A stretch of 63,436 bases of DNA, filler included, from Nemertoderma westbladi (Eukaryota; Animalia; Xenacoelomorpha): NCBI GenBank assembly GCA_032718475.1. It is 4 parts of 4 records of this genome, joined end to end, with 100 filler letters (N's around TTAATTAATTAA, not from the genome) between each part and the next. Parts side by side here need not be neighbours in the genome. Positions count along the whole stretch, not along the records: positions 48,595 to 58,418 come from JAUCBJ010001016.1; positions 58,519 to 63,436 come from JAUCBJ010001659.1; 2 more parts are not named here. One strand, given 5' to 3'. Both the position numbers and the translations under genes were made by a program. Below, piece by piece: positions 51,467-63,436 of the stretch; positions within the stretch are counted from its first letter, which is position 1, and the number at the start of each line of letters is the position of its first letter. The notes under the pieces are model-generated. The model was given only the letters and a program-made list of their open reading frames with translations, searched no databases and was not told where the DNA came from.

Positions 51467-52274
51467 TATGGCATACATTTAGTATCAATATTCAATAATT
51501 TAATACGAGTGATATTATTGATCGTTTTAAATTATTTTTGCCATGCTGAATTATTTCGATTGATATTATTGATCGATTTAAATAATGTTTCAAAACTTAT
51601 TATATTAATAATTATATTACTTAATATTATAGGTAGATTTAAAACATGTTGTCTGTTGAATTATTTTGCTTGATATTTAATTATTTCAACCGATAATTAT
51701 AGGTAGTTTTAATTGAGACCGTGAATTATTTAGACTTATAATTATAAGTCGTATTAAATGTGATCAGCTGGCAGTGAATTATTTCGACTTATAATTATTA
51801 ATTATAGGTCGTATTAAATGTAGCGATTAAATCAGCTGATCTCGTGATGATTAACTTCTCTGCTTCTATACTCATGCTTTACTACCGTACCGGTACCACT
51901 GTGCACTGTACAGCTGTACCAGTACTGCAGTATCTGAGTCAGCTGATCACTTTTAAATCGACCTATAATTATAAGTCGAAATAATTCACTGCCAGCTGAT
52001 CACATTTAATACGACTTATAATTATATAAGTCGAAATAATTCAATGTCTCATTTAAAACTACAGTAGGCCTACCTATAATTATCGGTTGAAATAAGTCAA
52101 CTGTTATTTAAATCAATCTATAATATTAAGCATAATCATGCAGTTTTGAAAGATTGAAAGATTATTTAAATCGATTAATAATATCAATCGAAATAACGAT
52201 AATGGCAAAAATCATTACAATTAATATCACCCGTATTAAAATATTTAATATTGATACTAAATATATGCCATACG
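51467..52274. mobile_element. AT-rich foldback MITE with about 350-bp arms
   Basis: tatggcatacatttagtatcaatatt mirrored by aatattgatactaaatatatgccata; gatcagctggcagtgaattatttcgactt mirrored at about 51970-52000. Confidence 0.8.
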
Positions 52275-53168
52275 TAGGATAGGATGACAACAAATGTGCT
52301 CTGAATTCCGTCCGTGACGCTTACAACTCTTTTCAACCCTGCTCATCTTGAGATCTTCTCTCTTGCCATGGCACATACTGTTCTCGTTTAGGTTTTCTGT
52401 AGAATAAGTCTCTTGGCTGATTCATTGTGGGCTTTTATTATCTTATATTGAATCGGTGGACTGGTCTTCATCCATTGACTGAAGTACTTGAAAGAGATTT
52501 TGAACTTCTACTGTGTAAGCATACTTTACTGCATTATCAGTATTATTAGTCAGTCCTATTACTTTGACAGAAGATAGCTGGATGGACAGGCAGAAGAACC
52601 GACAGTCAGACATAAAGACATAGTTGTGAGTGATAATACAAAAACCAATAAAGGACGATATTATATGGGTAATAACGGAGGATGCAACATTGGCTACCAA
52701 GTGAGATATGGTACGATGTGAGAGGGGTGTGCCATATGCTCATATGATACATTTATTATAGGAAGGAATCTAGGGGTCTTATCCTCGAATGATAAGTTTG
52801 TTTTACCGAAAATAACTTATCTTTTATTATTTATTATTGGAGTTTTGTGTGAATGAGTGGTTTCATATTATTACACCCAAAACACCAATAATAAATTAGA
52901 AATATACCGGTCGCATTTCTCTATGGGTGTAACTGTCCTACCTAAATTAGTAGCTAGAGTGTATGATTAGTCATTATGGCCGTGATGTTCATGGTTAATA
53001 TACTGTACCCTTTCATTGTAGCGAGTGGATAAAGACGGCCAAGTACGGTAGGGTTGAGCACAGTGGCATCAGATGATGGTATTGACAGATGCGAGACCAT
53101 GAGGAGGTAAATTGAGGACATACATACAAGGTATCAATCAGATACATTTCCAGGTCTATCTTTTACCT

Positions 53169-53240
53169 GAGTCGCTAGCTGATTGATTAGAGCATCAGAC
53201 TTCCAACACGGAGGTCACCAGTTCGATCCCACCTGGACGT
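53169..53240 (+). mobile_element. tRNA-derived SINE head (degenerate)
   Basis: A-box-like TAGCTGATTG, anticodon-like CTTCCAA, B box GTTCGATCC; acceptor stem does not pair. Confidence 0.6.
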
Positions 53241-53404
53241 CATTGCCGTCTTAACAAAAGCTGTGCCCAACATAAAGTTATATCATCTTTTATTGGCGCA
53301 ATTGTAGGACAAATCCCATCACATGCGTACCTTTTTAACCAGGTAGTGAACAAATTTAGGAATCGCGTAATTTTTCCTAAAATTAATATCTCATATCTCT
53401 CCAA

Positions 53405-53446
53405 ACCACGTACGCGTTTCGACCTTCTGGGTCTCATCAGCGTGGT
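53405..53446 (-). ncRNA. Minimal type-I hammerhead ribozyme, canonical core
   Basis: ACCACG-CUGAUGA-GACC cagaa GGUC-GAAA-CGCG-UA|CGUGGU: 6-bp stem I, 4-bp stem II, palindromic stem III; predicted cut between 53411 and 53410. Confidence 0.88.
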
Positions 53447-53509
53447 GTCAGATTCGAACATGGGACCTCGAGTTGGAAGCCCAGACAACAACCACTAGAC
53501 CACAGGTTC
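53440..53509 (-). mobile_element. tRNA-derived Pol III head (SINE-like) directly 5' of the hammerhead
   Basis: A box TGGTCTAGTGG, CTTCCAA loop, B box GTTCGAATC with tRNA-like spacing. Confidence 0.75.
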
Positions 53510-54435
53510 TTGAGATATGGAGTAGGCCTATTAATTTCAAAGCCAGCTGCCATTTTTTTTTATTAGCCCTGATTTTTATTCTTGAACAACACAGCTTGCC
53601 ACCAACACATTGTTACTATCAATGGCCTATCGGTATTAGCTAAAAGTCCAATTAAGTGCAATTATTTCAAGGAGATGATTGTTGTTACAGTAGAGGGAAA
53701 TAGCATACATCCGGTAATAGGGTTCACGACTCAAATTCTAAACCATATTATTTAGATGCAATTCAATAAGATGCTAAAATAGCCGAGATATTGGTGTTTT
53801 CAGTTTAAAAATTATTCAAAATTTGAAAACGATCTGTGATTGGTCGTGACGTCACTATACGCCTTGGGATCCCATTGATATCAACATTCAGATACTCATT
53901 GACCATTGTCGATAACCATAGGAGATAACCATTGTTATACAAGTGGAGGGGAAAATATATTGTCTTTTGAGTTAGGAGGGCCCTTCACAGTCGGGAGTAT
54001 ACAGTATACATAAAGTGGCTAGATTTGGTATAGAGGTTAGTTAGGTGTTAGGAGGGGGAACCTTCATCAAGATGTAGTTCTAACTGTAGAGTTGGTGATA
54101 ATTGATGAATATTTGGTGTATTTAACATGTCGATATTGGAAATGGACTTTATTCCTAGAGTTTAGTTTCTACATCAAATAGCGTCTACTCTCTTATTGAG
54201 ATTTGTCAATTTGTTAAGATTTATTGGTATTGTACATTATTCGCAACGTATTTGCAATAACATTATTAGTGAAATGCACATTATGATTGACTATTTGGTC
54301 AGAAACAATATAAGTTGTAAGTTACAGAACCATTATTATTTATGACACTTTAATATTACAATACTATAATATGACAATTGTACAGTAGGTGTGTCGTATG
54401 CTGGTATGCAATGCACAGGTTGCACCTAGACTTAC

Positions 54436-54540
54436 CCGGGACATTTTTAGAGCCTTCGCATACGATTTTGATCGAAGAAATGGGATTTATACCCAAAAGG
54501 TCTCCATAGAAACCAGGCTTGAACATAACGTGGGGTGTAC
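54436..54540 (-). CDS. Candidate exon of the modular gene, resembling a beta/gamma-crystallin motif end
   Basis: AG/GTAAG bounded, 105 nt, phase 1-1, GTPHVMFKPGFYGDLLGINPISSIKIVCEG. Confidence 0.5.
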
Positions 54541-54824
54541 CTGAGTACTCAATACCACTAGAATAAAGTTAACAATTAATTATAATACGATATAATGTAA
54601 TGTAAAGTGAAAAATGTATATAATATAAAATGAAGCATTACGACTGAGAATGAAATTGAACATATTTTTAAATCTAGTAAATTAATACTTTAAAGTGGTG
54701 TCGTCGCATTTCGACAACTGTCGCGATTCGGCTAAAAAGTTGCAATTCGAAACAAATTCTTATGAGTAGGCCTATTCTTTATTACAGGATTATCAGCATT
54801 GACTGGAGTATAGAGCCTCCACAG

Positions 54825-56236
54825 TAGGGCGGTGCGTTTTTTACTTTTTTTCGATTTCATTGTTCTACCGGTGCACAAAAGTTGCCAAATGGTAAAAAAA
54901 TAAGGCAAAAATAATTTCTTTAAATTTCATCTATATCTTCACGGATCCCAAGAGGGTTGAAATTTTGAGCCATCGCGATGCACCATAATGAAATGTATAA
55001 CAATATAACACATTGATGAAAGATCAATGACTCAAAAAAGAACTTCCTGCATGCATCAAATGTCATCAAATGGGTCCAAATTTAGTTAGATACCAAAATT
55101 TTAATTTTTGGGTCAAGGGAACTAGTGCCACAGGCACATGGCCAGAACCTACCATTTGGCGCAAGTGATGATTATTCTCAATTTTCGCGATGGCCAACTT
55201 TGAGTTATCCTACTGAATTCATATTATGCTCATTAGAACCGCAATGTCCGATTTAGTGGGGGTAGACACCTTCAAAACAAACGTAGAGCGAATAGTTCTT
55301 GAGATATCGCAGAAAATGTGAAGTACGGCACAAGTCTACATTACCGCCTTGATGTGATATGGACAAATACACTATAAATGATATATTGAATTATCTCAAG
55401 GAATCAAGAATAGACACATCACAGAAATGATCGATATAATGGGTGAAGACACCTTCAAAATAAGAGTAGAGTCATTAGTTCTTGAGTTATTTTACAAAAT
55501 GTCAAGACTATATCCACCAATTACTACTTGATATTGAGTTGACCCATTCCACACATTTTGTACAAAAACTATAGTGAATTAATCACTACTCTTTAATTTT
55601 GAAGGTCTCTGTATACGCTAAATCAATTTGTTGCAGTGATGTGTCGATTTTTGATGCCTTAAGATAATTAGAAGTAACATTTTTGTGTATTTGTCTATAA
55701 ATCATCAAGGCAGTAATGTTGACTTGTGCCGTAATTAACATTTTCTGTAATATCTCAAGAACTATTCGCTCTATGCTTATTTTGATGGTGTCTACCCCCA
55801 CTAAATCGGTCATTGCGGTTCTAATGAGCATAATAATAATGCCGTAGGAGAACTAAAAGTTGTCCATCACCAAAATTGAGAATAATCATCACTTGCGCCA
55901 AAGAGTAAGTTCTGGTCATGTGCCTGTGGCACTACTTCCCTTAATCCAAAAATTAAAATTTTGGTTTCTAACTAAGTTTGGACCCATTTGATGACATTTG
56001 ATGCATGCAGGAAGTTCCTTTTTGAGTCATTGATCTTTCATCAATGTGTTATATATATTGATATAAATTTCATTATGATGCATCGCGATGGCACAAAATT
56101 TCAACCCTCTTGTGATCCGTGAAGACATAGACGAAATTTAAAGAAATCTTTTTTCCCTTATTTTTTTACCATTTGGCAACTTTTGTGCACCGGTAGAACA
56201 ATGAAATCGAAAAAAAGTAAAAAACGCACCGCCCTA
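54825..56236. mobile_element. hAT-type foldback element with about 600-bp arms
   Basis: TIR TAGGGCGGTGCG; 8-bp TSD ctccacag at 54817-24 and 56237-44. Confidence 0.95.
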
Positions 56237-56989
56237 CTCCACAGTACCATCATTAATACAGGTAAAAGTGAAAAAAAAAACAGGACATGTTGTTACATAT
56301 AAAATACAATAGCACTTTCGTTAATTGCTGTATAACTCTAAGGCGTCCCAGGAATATTGGTGAGGCCCAGTGGAAAAATACACTATAGTAAGATCATTGA
56401 AATGAAGTCCCAATAAAGATAATCAATTACAGTTGTTTTGTACAGTACAGGAGCAACCCATATTTGTACCTATACCCTTATGCAACAGTACCTCCAATAA
56501 CTCTGTAAACTACGCGCCGGGTTATTATGTTATTATTTACCATGCCTTAAACTGCGGGCGGGGGGTGGGGGGGGGGGGGGGGGGTGTTCTTTTCGACCCT
56601 TCCTTCCAATTCTTGAAAAATTACAAATTTACAAAAAACATGATTTTGTATATTCCGAGGTCGATGGTCCCTATTCATAATGTCATCGCACCATTTTGGG
56701 TGCATGAAAAGTCAAAATAAAATTGTTGTAGTAAGTATTGAAACAATTCACATTAAGCTATTTAAAAATCAATTTACAGATTTTCAGGAACGCCTAATTC
56801 ATTCATGATAGTATTTTTTATTCCAAAATTCCTTAATAAATCCCTAATTTGAATACATATTGTACCCAGGGATAGAAAATTTAGTTTCAGGTTTATTTCA
56901 ATATTAGAAAATCTATATGCAAGTCAGGTCAGGTTCAGGTAGGGGCCTTCTGAATTGGGTGAGTTTGTTACTAGGATCGGGATGCTGCA

Positions 56990-58345
56990 TTGCAGTGTCT
57001 GCATTGCAGTGTCATATAGTGTCTGGTTGGAGATGTGTGCATTGTACCTGACACAATGAACCCGGCGTAGCATTCTTGTGAATGTGCCATCCCGAGATTT
57101 GGTGTCCTCAACAGTTAGAGCACAGCATAGACTCCCATAAAGGAGTACTGGAACTACTGCTGCTCTAAATAATCGTACCTTAAGTTTCCGATTAATTCTA
57201 TATGACTTCCAAATCCTGGAAAGCCTATTCAAGGCTGCCCATGCCTTTCCCTTAAGTATTCGAAGGTCCTCCCTCACCTGCCTTCCGGATCCATGATCCC
57301 AGGTAACAGAAGTCGTCCACATGCTCGCTCAAGCATACCTTCCTTTAAGCTTATGCTCATCCGGTCAGAGACTTGCTGAGGACATTCAAAGTTGACTTTC
57401 AGCCGTTGGGCTCCCTCTAGTGATACTGAGAGTACTCCTAAGTCATCAGCAAAGTCTAGATCAGTTAGGTACTTGGCAGGATTTCCTCGACTTCTGGAGC
57501 CAGTAGGTGGAGTTATCATCACCCCCATCATCATTATGATGATCTAAGGACATGCGTAGAACATAGTTAACCACAATTATGAACAAGAATGGCGCAAGTG
57601 TGTCTCCCTGGAGGACTCCCCATAACACTTCAAATGGTTCTGTGTCACCGTCAACAGTAGACACAAATGTTGTCGAACCATCGTATACTGATCTGATTGC
57701 TGCAATAATTTCATCAGGAATCCCATATAATGAAAGTATGCTGAACATACGTGAGCGAGAGACTGAATCAAAGGCCTTGAAGAAGTCAACAAAGATAACA
57801 GCCAGATGCCTGTCTTTCTTTTTTGATAACTCTTCAATTATCCTTCTAAGTGCCAAAATGGGCTCCATGGTCCCACGACCTTTACGGAACCCATTCTGAT
57901 TTCCACGGAGCAGTCTCTCAATGGGATCCCTGATGCGATTTAATATAATTCTATTGTATAGCTTTGCAGCAATCGAGATCAATGAGATTCCCCGAAAAGA
58001 ACCATAGACTGTTAGGTTGCCCTTCTTGGGAACTGGCACCAACTTATTTGTTTTCATTTCTTGTGGGACTCTTGTTGTTCGGTACATGTCTACTATGATG
58101 GGATAGATGAGCTTTAAACACTCAGGTATTTTAAAGACCTCAGGGGGAACACCATCTACTCCACTGGCACGATTGGTCTTAATGCTCTTTGCAGCAGCCT
58201 TCACTTCTGCAAAGGAGATATCGCCAATGGGAATATCTGGGAGTACAGACTCAGACACCTTTACTTCTATAAAGTTATCAGGCAATACCCTGTCATTATT
58301 GAGGAGCTTTTCAAAGTGGGCCTTCCAACCGTTGAGGCGAGTGAG
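56990..58345 (-). pseudogene. RTE-clade LINE reverse transcriptase fragment
   Basis: VPKKG, RGISL, QNGFRKGR, FVDFFKAFDS, GVLQGDTLAPFLF, DLDFADD, VLLYGS; frameshifted. Confidence 0.9.
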
Positions 58346-58418
58346 TTTACTTCTGCCATTATCATAACATTAGTTATACTGTATGTTGGGAATTGCGGGA
58401 AAATAATGAAGAAAGAAA

Positions 58419-58518
58419 NNNNNNNNNNNNNNNNNNNNNNNNNNNNNNNNNNNNNNNNNNNNTTAATTAATTAANNNNNNNNNNNNNNNNNNNNNNNNNN
58501 NNNNNNNNNNNNNNNNNN
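58419..58518. other. Assembly gap with artificial linker
   Basis: N run containing TTAATTAATTAA. Confidence 0.99.
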
Positions 58519-59749
58519 ATTACAGGTAGGCAGTCCAGCTGTTAGTTTTGTTAGCACCGGTATAACAGTATAACTCTAGTAAGCTATATACAGATATAAC
58601 CAGGCCTACGTCATACAAGTAGTGAAGTAGGGCTGTAGGGTATATCAGTATATATTGAGATAGATACCATGTAGCCTACCACCAATTAACAACATATGGC
58701 AGTATAGTACCGGTAGGTCTACAAATATGGAGAAAATTAATTCCAATGCAAATTTTGGGTATAAAAATTATTAGTAGGCCTAGGCCTAGTGATGCATAGA
58801 TCTATAGGCCACTATACCGATATAGAACTATACGAATGACAAGCAAAGACTGTGAAAAATTGAAATTCTGAAATGTCAAAGTCGATTTTAACAATGTGAT
58901 TTCTCAGAAGGATGGAACGACTTTGCATGGCTGCGATTACGCAATAAAGGGGGTCATGCTGTCATGGGCGTTGTAACTTGAATTCGAGAAAACTATCTCG
59001 CTCACAAACGGATAAATGGTGTCTATAATTGAGGTCAATGAACTGGCTACCTAGGCCTATCTAACTGTCTAACGTGGGAGGTTATTATGATATCAAGCTT
59101 TAATTAGGTTATACCCAAGAGGTTTATAAATAACTCCAAAAACTCACCGGATTGATAATAATCGGCCCCCAACCTAGGAGCTGTCTCCAGTAATAATTAT
59201 TGTGGTTCAATAATATCGGCAATAGGTCTATAGCAATAAGCACCAACATCAACAACCAAACTGTAGGTCAACATTACAGCAGTAGAAATCGTGGAATATC
59301 GACTGAATATTGAAATATATCCGAAAATAAGGCGAGATAACAGTTTGTAGGGGTTTGGACCCTACAAACGCTGTGTTTCAGAATTTCAAATGCCCCAATA
59401 ATCCATCCTTGAGCTGTACACGGTACACGGTACCGCTATCACAAGTAAAGGTTGACTGACACGGTCAGACGGGCAATTGAAAGTGATGACTGCAGACTGA
59501 CACGGTCAGATGTACAAAGTATGTATAAAGTTAATGAATGCAGACTGACACGGTCAGACTGTATAAAGAAAGTATACATATACAGTATAACTATACTCAA
59601 AGTTATAACTGGAGGAAAATACAGTATAAAATGTAGACATTTCATCTCATGTGGTAGGGCAATCTATCTACAAACAAATTATCTTGGTTTTTTACATTAA
59701 TGATAATAAAAACACAGCGCCAATTTGCCTGTGGACCAACATCGGCAAA

Positions 59750-60256
59750 CCGCCGTTGACACACCGATTACTAATGTTACGAGCCAGTCGTCTTCCTGCA
59801 TATTTCTTAGTCATGCATCGTCTGCGAGTTCCTGTAACTGAATGTAAAATGTATCGAAGTCTTCCATTTGTTCCTGTTTTTGGCGGACTAATTTAAATCG
59901 ATCGACTGCTACTGATCGATCGATGTTTCGTTGGTTATGGGTATTATCAATCCTTTCCAACACTTCTCCCTGTGTGTTTCGCTCCGTGTGCTTCTCTATA
60001 TGGTTGGACGTTACAGACCCTTCTCGTCCCCATCGTCACGGTTGTTCCTTTGTTCCTCCAGTTTCTGGAATTCGATTTCATTTTTTATTGCTCGGGGTAA
60101 CTTCCATTTCATATCATTAGTTGACGTTTTATCGTCGATCTCAATTCCCAGTTGGGCGAGGTGCTGCTTGGTTTCCTCTCGGTTTAGTTTTTCTATATCA
60201 GAGTTTTCCAGATCGAGTATTTCTCTGAGTGAGCTGTGTCCTCCATAGTTTGCCAT
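59750..60256 (-). pseudogene. Mag-like gag relic
   Basis: FKLVRQKQEQMEDFDTFYIQLQELADDA..DDWLVTLV at about 59765-59900 parallels YELVRQKQDEGQTFDDFYIKMSEMADDA..DDWLTTLV in the 40895 element. Confidence 0.75.
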
Positions 60257-61276
60257 ATTTTTGGCATAGGCCGTATCTATAGCCTTCCAATTTTAGTTCA
60301 ATTTTGAATTTGATGGTTTACTGTTATACTCCCGTGAAATAAACAACAAATATTGTTGGGGGGTGTACTGGTGAAAAAATTTACAGTTACATTTTGAGAT
60401 CTACAGCCTTTAATTTTCATTATTTGGACCTGATTTTTGGATGTACATTGCTACTTAGCTTACCCACACTTTCAAATTAAATATTTCAAATTTATTTTAT
60501 TAGTAATAGTTATTAACTAATTAGTCTTAATAATTATTAACTAATATTTCAAAATTCTACTCCTCCTCCATATATTACTGTTTTCAGCTGAAACTTACAA
60601 TGCTGGTCCATAAACTAATGTAAATAAGAATGTGTGGTCAAATTTTTTTATTTTTAGCTATTAGGATAGGATGAAAAGTAATGATTGTAAAATAAATCTT
60701 AAAAAATTGCACCATTTTTTATCACTTCTAAGACGATAAAACGCGAACAGCATAGTATATCAAAAATTTGACCACACATTTCACTGAGTAGTGCTTGTTG
60801 AACATTGTGTGAAAATTTCAAGTAAATTCATTAAAATTGACCGAGTAGTAGCTTTTTTTGTGAAAAAAAATTCCGAGAAGTACATTCTGAGAAAAACAGC
60901 ATTTCATTTATATGTAAGTTTACCACTACATATGGAAATATATAAATTAAAATTTTAAAATTTTTTTGAATTTAAAATTATTTATAGGCCTATTAATTTA
61001 AAAAAATTTTAATTAAAATTTTTTTTAGAATTGTAATTTTTTTTATTTTTATACAAAAATTATAATTGAAAAAAGGCGGAAATTTTTAAAAATTTAAATT
61101 TTTTAAAGATTTAAAAAATTTAAAAAAATATATATTTTTTTATTTAGAATTTTTTTTAGAATTATACATTTTTTAAAAATATGAAATGTTAATTAATCAC
61201 CTGTTTCATTATATTAATTTGGAACAATTGCCACAAAGATATGGTCAAACCTCAAAAGTGGAATAACACTAAAGAT

Positions 61277-63217
61277 TTATGTTGTTCCAAATGCTCCTGG
61301 TCCATAGGTAATTTCACCTGTCTGTCGTGCCTCAGCCACCTTTGAAGCTCTTCTGCGCTTTGCCTCTTTGACCTTGAGAAGTGACTTTCTTACTCGTTTT
61401 CTATCTTTTTACATTTGGAGAGACTTGGTGGTTGAGGTGTGGTGGACTTCTTCACCAAGTTGTTCTAGAACGCGTGATCGTGTTATAGACCCCGAGTTGA
61501 AATATAAAATAGCACTAGAAACACCCAAATTTATACACGATATCCCATGAAACCTATGTTTTGGTAATCTCTGTCAAACTAGAGAGTTTATACTCTCAGA
61601 CTGGTTTTGAGTAAATCCAGCAACGCACCGCTTCAGTAGAAAAGTGTCAGAAAGTCTAGTAAAAACAGGTAACAAAAGTTCTAAGAATATCGGATCCAGG
61701 TGAGGATCTTTTATTTTTATGGGTTCTTTGTGAGATGGTAAGAACAATATGTGTCGCTCCCTCTTGGGCAAAACTTATGACGTTCTTCGTCTGAAGGAAC
61801 CATAACTGAGTGGTATAGGGAAGCTAAAACGAAAGTTTTCATTTTATTTGCAGCTTCTGTGATTTCAGCATCAGTTTTAGCCGTCTTGTCGACTCCTCTT
61901 TGTATAGATCTACCATAATATTTACTAAGCTTCTTTACTGTAGTTTTTGTCAGTCTATGCCAGAACCTCCAACTGATTTTCCATCGCCGAGTTTTTTCCC
62001 CTTTACCACTGTTGTCCAGCCGCACCTTATCTAAAGCAGCATACATACGTTTAGTTACGTGATTGATGCAGTCTTGTTTTACAACATATTTGCATTCTGG
62101 AACTAATCCAGATTCGTGTTCTTTCCATTGGATTTTACCTAGGGCTGATTGATTGTATACTTCCTTATCAATATTTTTTATTACTTTATATGCTTTGCAT
62201 CGGTCACATACACCGTATATATCAAAAACAGCATTATATGAACCGCTATCCCCATCACAAATTATAGTGTTGTACATGTACATTATACCATAATCTGTGT
62301 TGTTGAGATTATCCCGAGATCTTTCAAAAATTTGCCTGGCTAGAAATTGTTCCATACTTGGACTACTGTCAGTATATTCTCCAAGGCAATCTGGGATATG
62401 TTCCTCTTTCCACATTAGGTATTCTGCTGATTCTTTTTTAAAAGGTGCAAACCGACAACTGTTGCAGATCTTACTCGCACTGCACAATACTCTGTCTGTA
62501 TGCAATGAGATAGTAAAAACGACACCATAATTCGCTACATATCCACGTCTGCTACAGCTACACGTTCCATCACAGGTAACCGCTTCCTTAAACATTCCAT
62601 CATCATCGACACCGATATTATCCCTCACTTCTGTTCATGATTTTACGAGTTCTAAATCGCACACTGTTTCAGCTATCTCAGATAGTTTACTAATGTGGGC
62701 TTCGTAATTTGACTTTGAAAGTGAAAAAGGAATGTCAGGATACTCACATAAGAGTTTTATCGATTCAAGTCCGGTACCAGACTCGCACATTGCATAATTA
62801 TGCATATATTATTCGACTGCTGAGATGACCAGCCGACTGACAGAATTTGATGTTTAGACCCCTTGGCGCATCCCAGTGTGTCTAAATAGGAACATTTTAG
62901 ACATTCGATCTCGATGAATGAATCTAAACCATGTATTTCGTCACATTGATCAAAAGTTAGATCGCCATCACACCCACCAGAGTTATGTGCATTATTTATA
63001 ACATTCATTATATTATCCATATGTTGGATTCGATAAGCTCCTAGCTTTTGCGAAAGTTTAGTTTTTCGAGCACGATCTCTTCCAGTCCCAGCGTGTGGCA
63101 ACTTCCTACATGATACCGTAGTCGTACTACCGGTACCGGTAGCGCAGAATGAAACTGCCCCGTACCTCCTCTGTCTTTCTGCGTCGCAAATTTGGCTCGT
63201 CCTTTTCTCCTTGGCAT
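61277..63217 (-). pseudogene. Kolobok/'Mutator-like' DDE transposase, frameshifted; element probably extends from about 60358 past the window end
   Basis: CDGT..RRG, SKICNSC, SSPSME, IFERS, DGDS, DCINHVTKRM, YYGRSI, HKFCP.G, TQNQSESINSLV..PK, C-terminal YGPGAF. Confidence 0.85.
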
Positions 63218-63436
63218 TATAAAATAATTACTAAAAATACAAACCAAAACTGAAATATCAGATTTACAGGAATAGTTCAGTAGTTGTACGACAGTATGGA
63301 TTTTCAATCAGCAAACAGGACATGAATAATACCGTATTATTGTAAGTAGGCCTATGGGATATAGAATTTGAATTTCCCACCAATATATTACTATTAGATA
63401 CATGGGGAGGGAAGTTCAAAAACGAAATTATACAGT

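Noticed and set aside
53169-53509. Functional tRNA-Gly genes
   Set aside because: Acceptor and D stems do not pair; treated as SINE-like heads
59148-59260. Additional minus-strand exon (CAG...GTGAGT bounded, one open frame)
   Set aside because: No recognisable domain, ends in phase 0 unlike the other exons, and lies beyond a gap; support insufficient

Overview
This is AT-rich eukaryotic DNA, probably from an invertebrate animal. The scaffold has three 100-bp gaps carrying an artificial TTAATTAATTAA linker, and most of it is nested transposable elements. LTR elements: a BEL/Pao 3' half, a CsRn1-type Gypsy inserted in a 33-bp minisatellite, a full-length Mag-type Gypsy, a solo LTR and a related orphan LTR. 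Also present are LINE relics (CR1/L2-type, RTE, CRE-like), pogo and Kolobok/Mutator-like transposase relics, an Ulp1-like protease relic, and many MITEs, several with verifiable TSDs. Two host genes are visible: the 5' part of an EPS8-family gene on the + strand, and a minus-strand modular extracellular gene built from phase-1 exons (crystallin-like, FN2-like, TSP1-like, LamG/pentraxin-like). The most notable non-coding signals are a perfect minimal type-I hammerhead ribozyme fused to a tRNA-derived Pol III head (53405-53509, minus) and an inverted pair of U3-A8 variant hammerheads (30269-30553). All calls come from reading the sequence by eye; no database searches were run.
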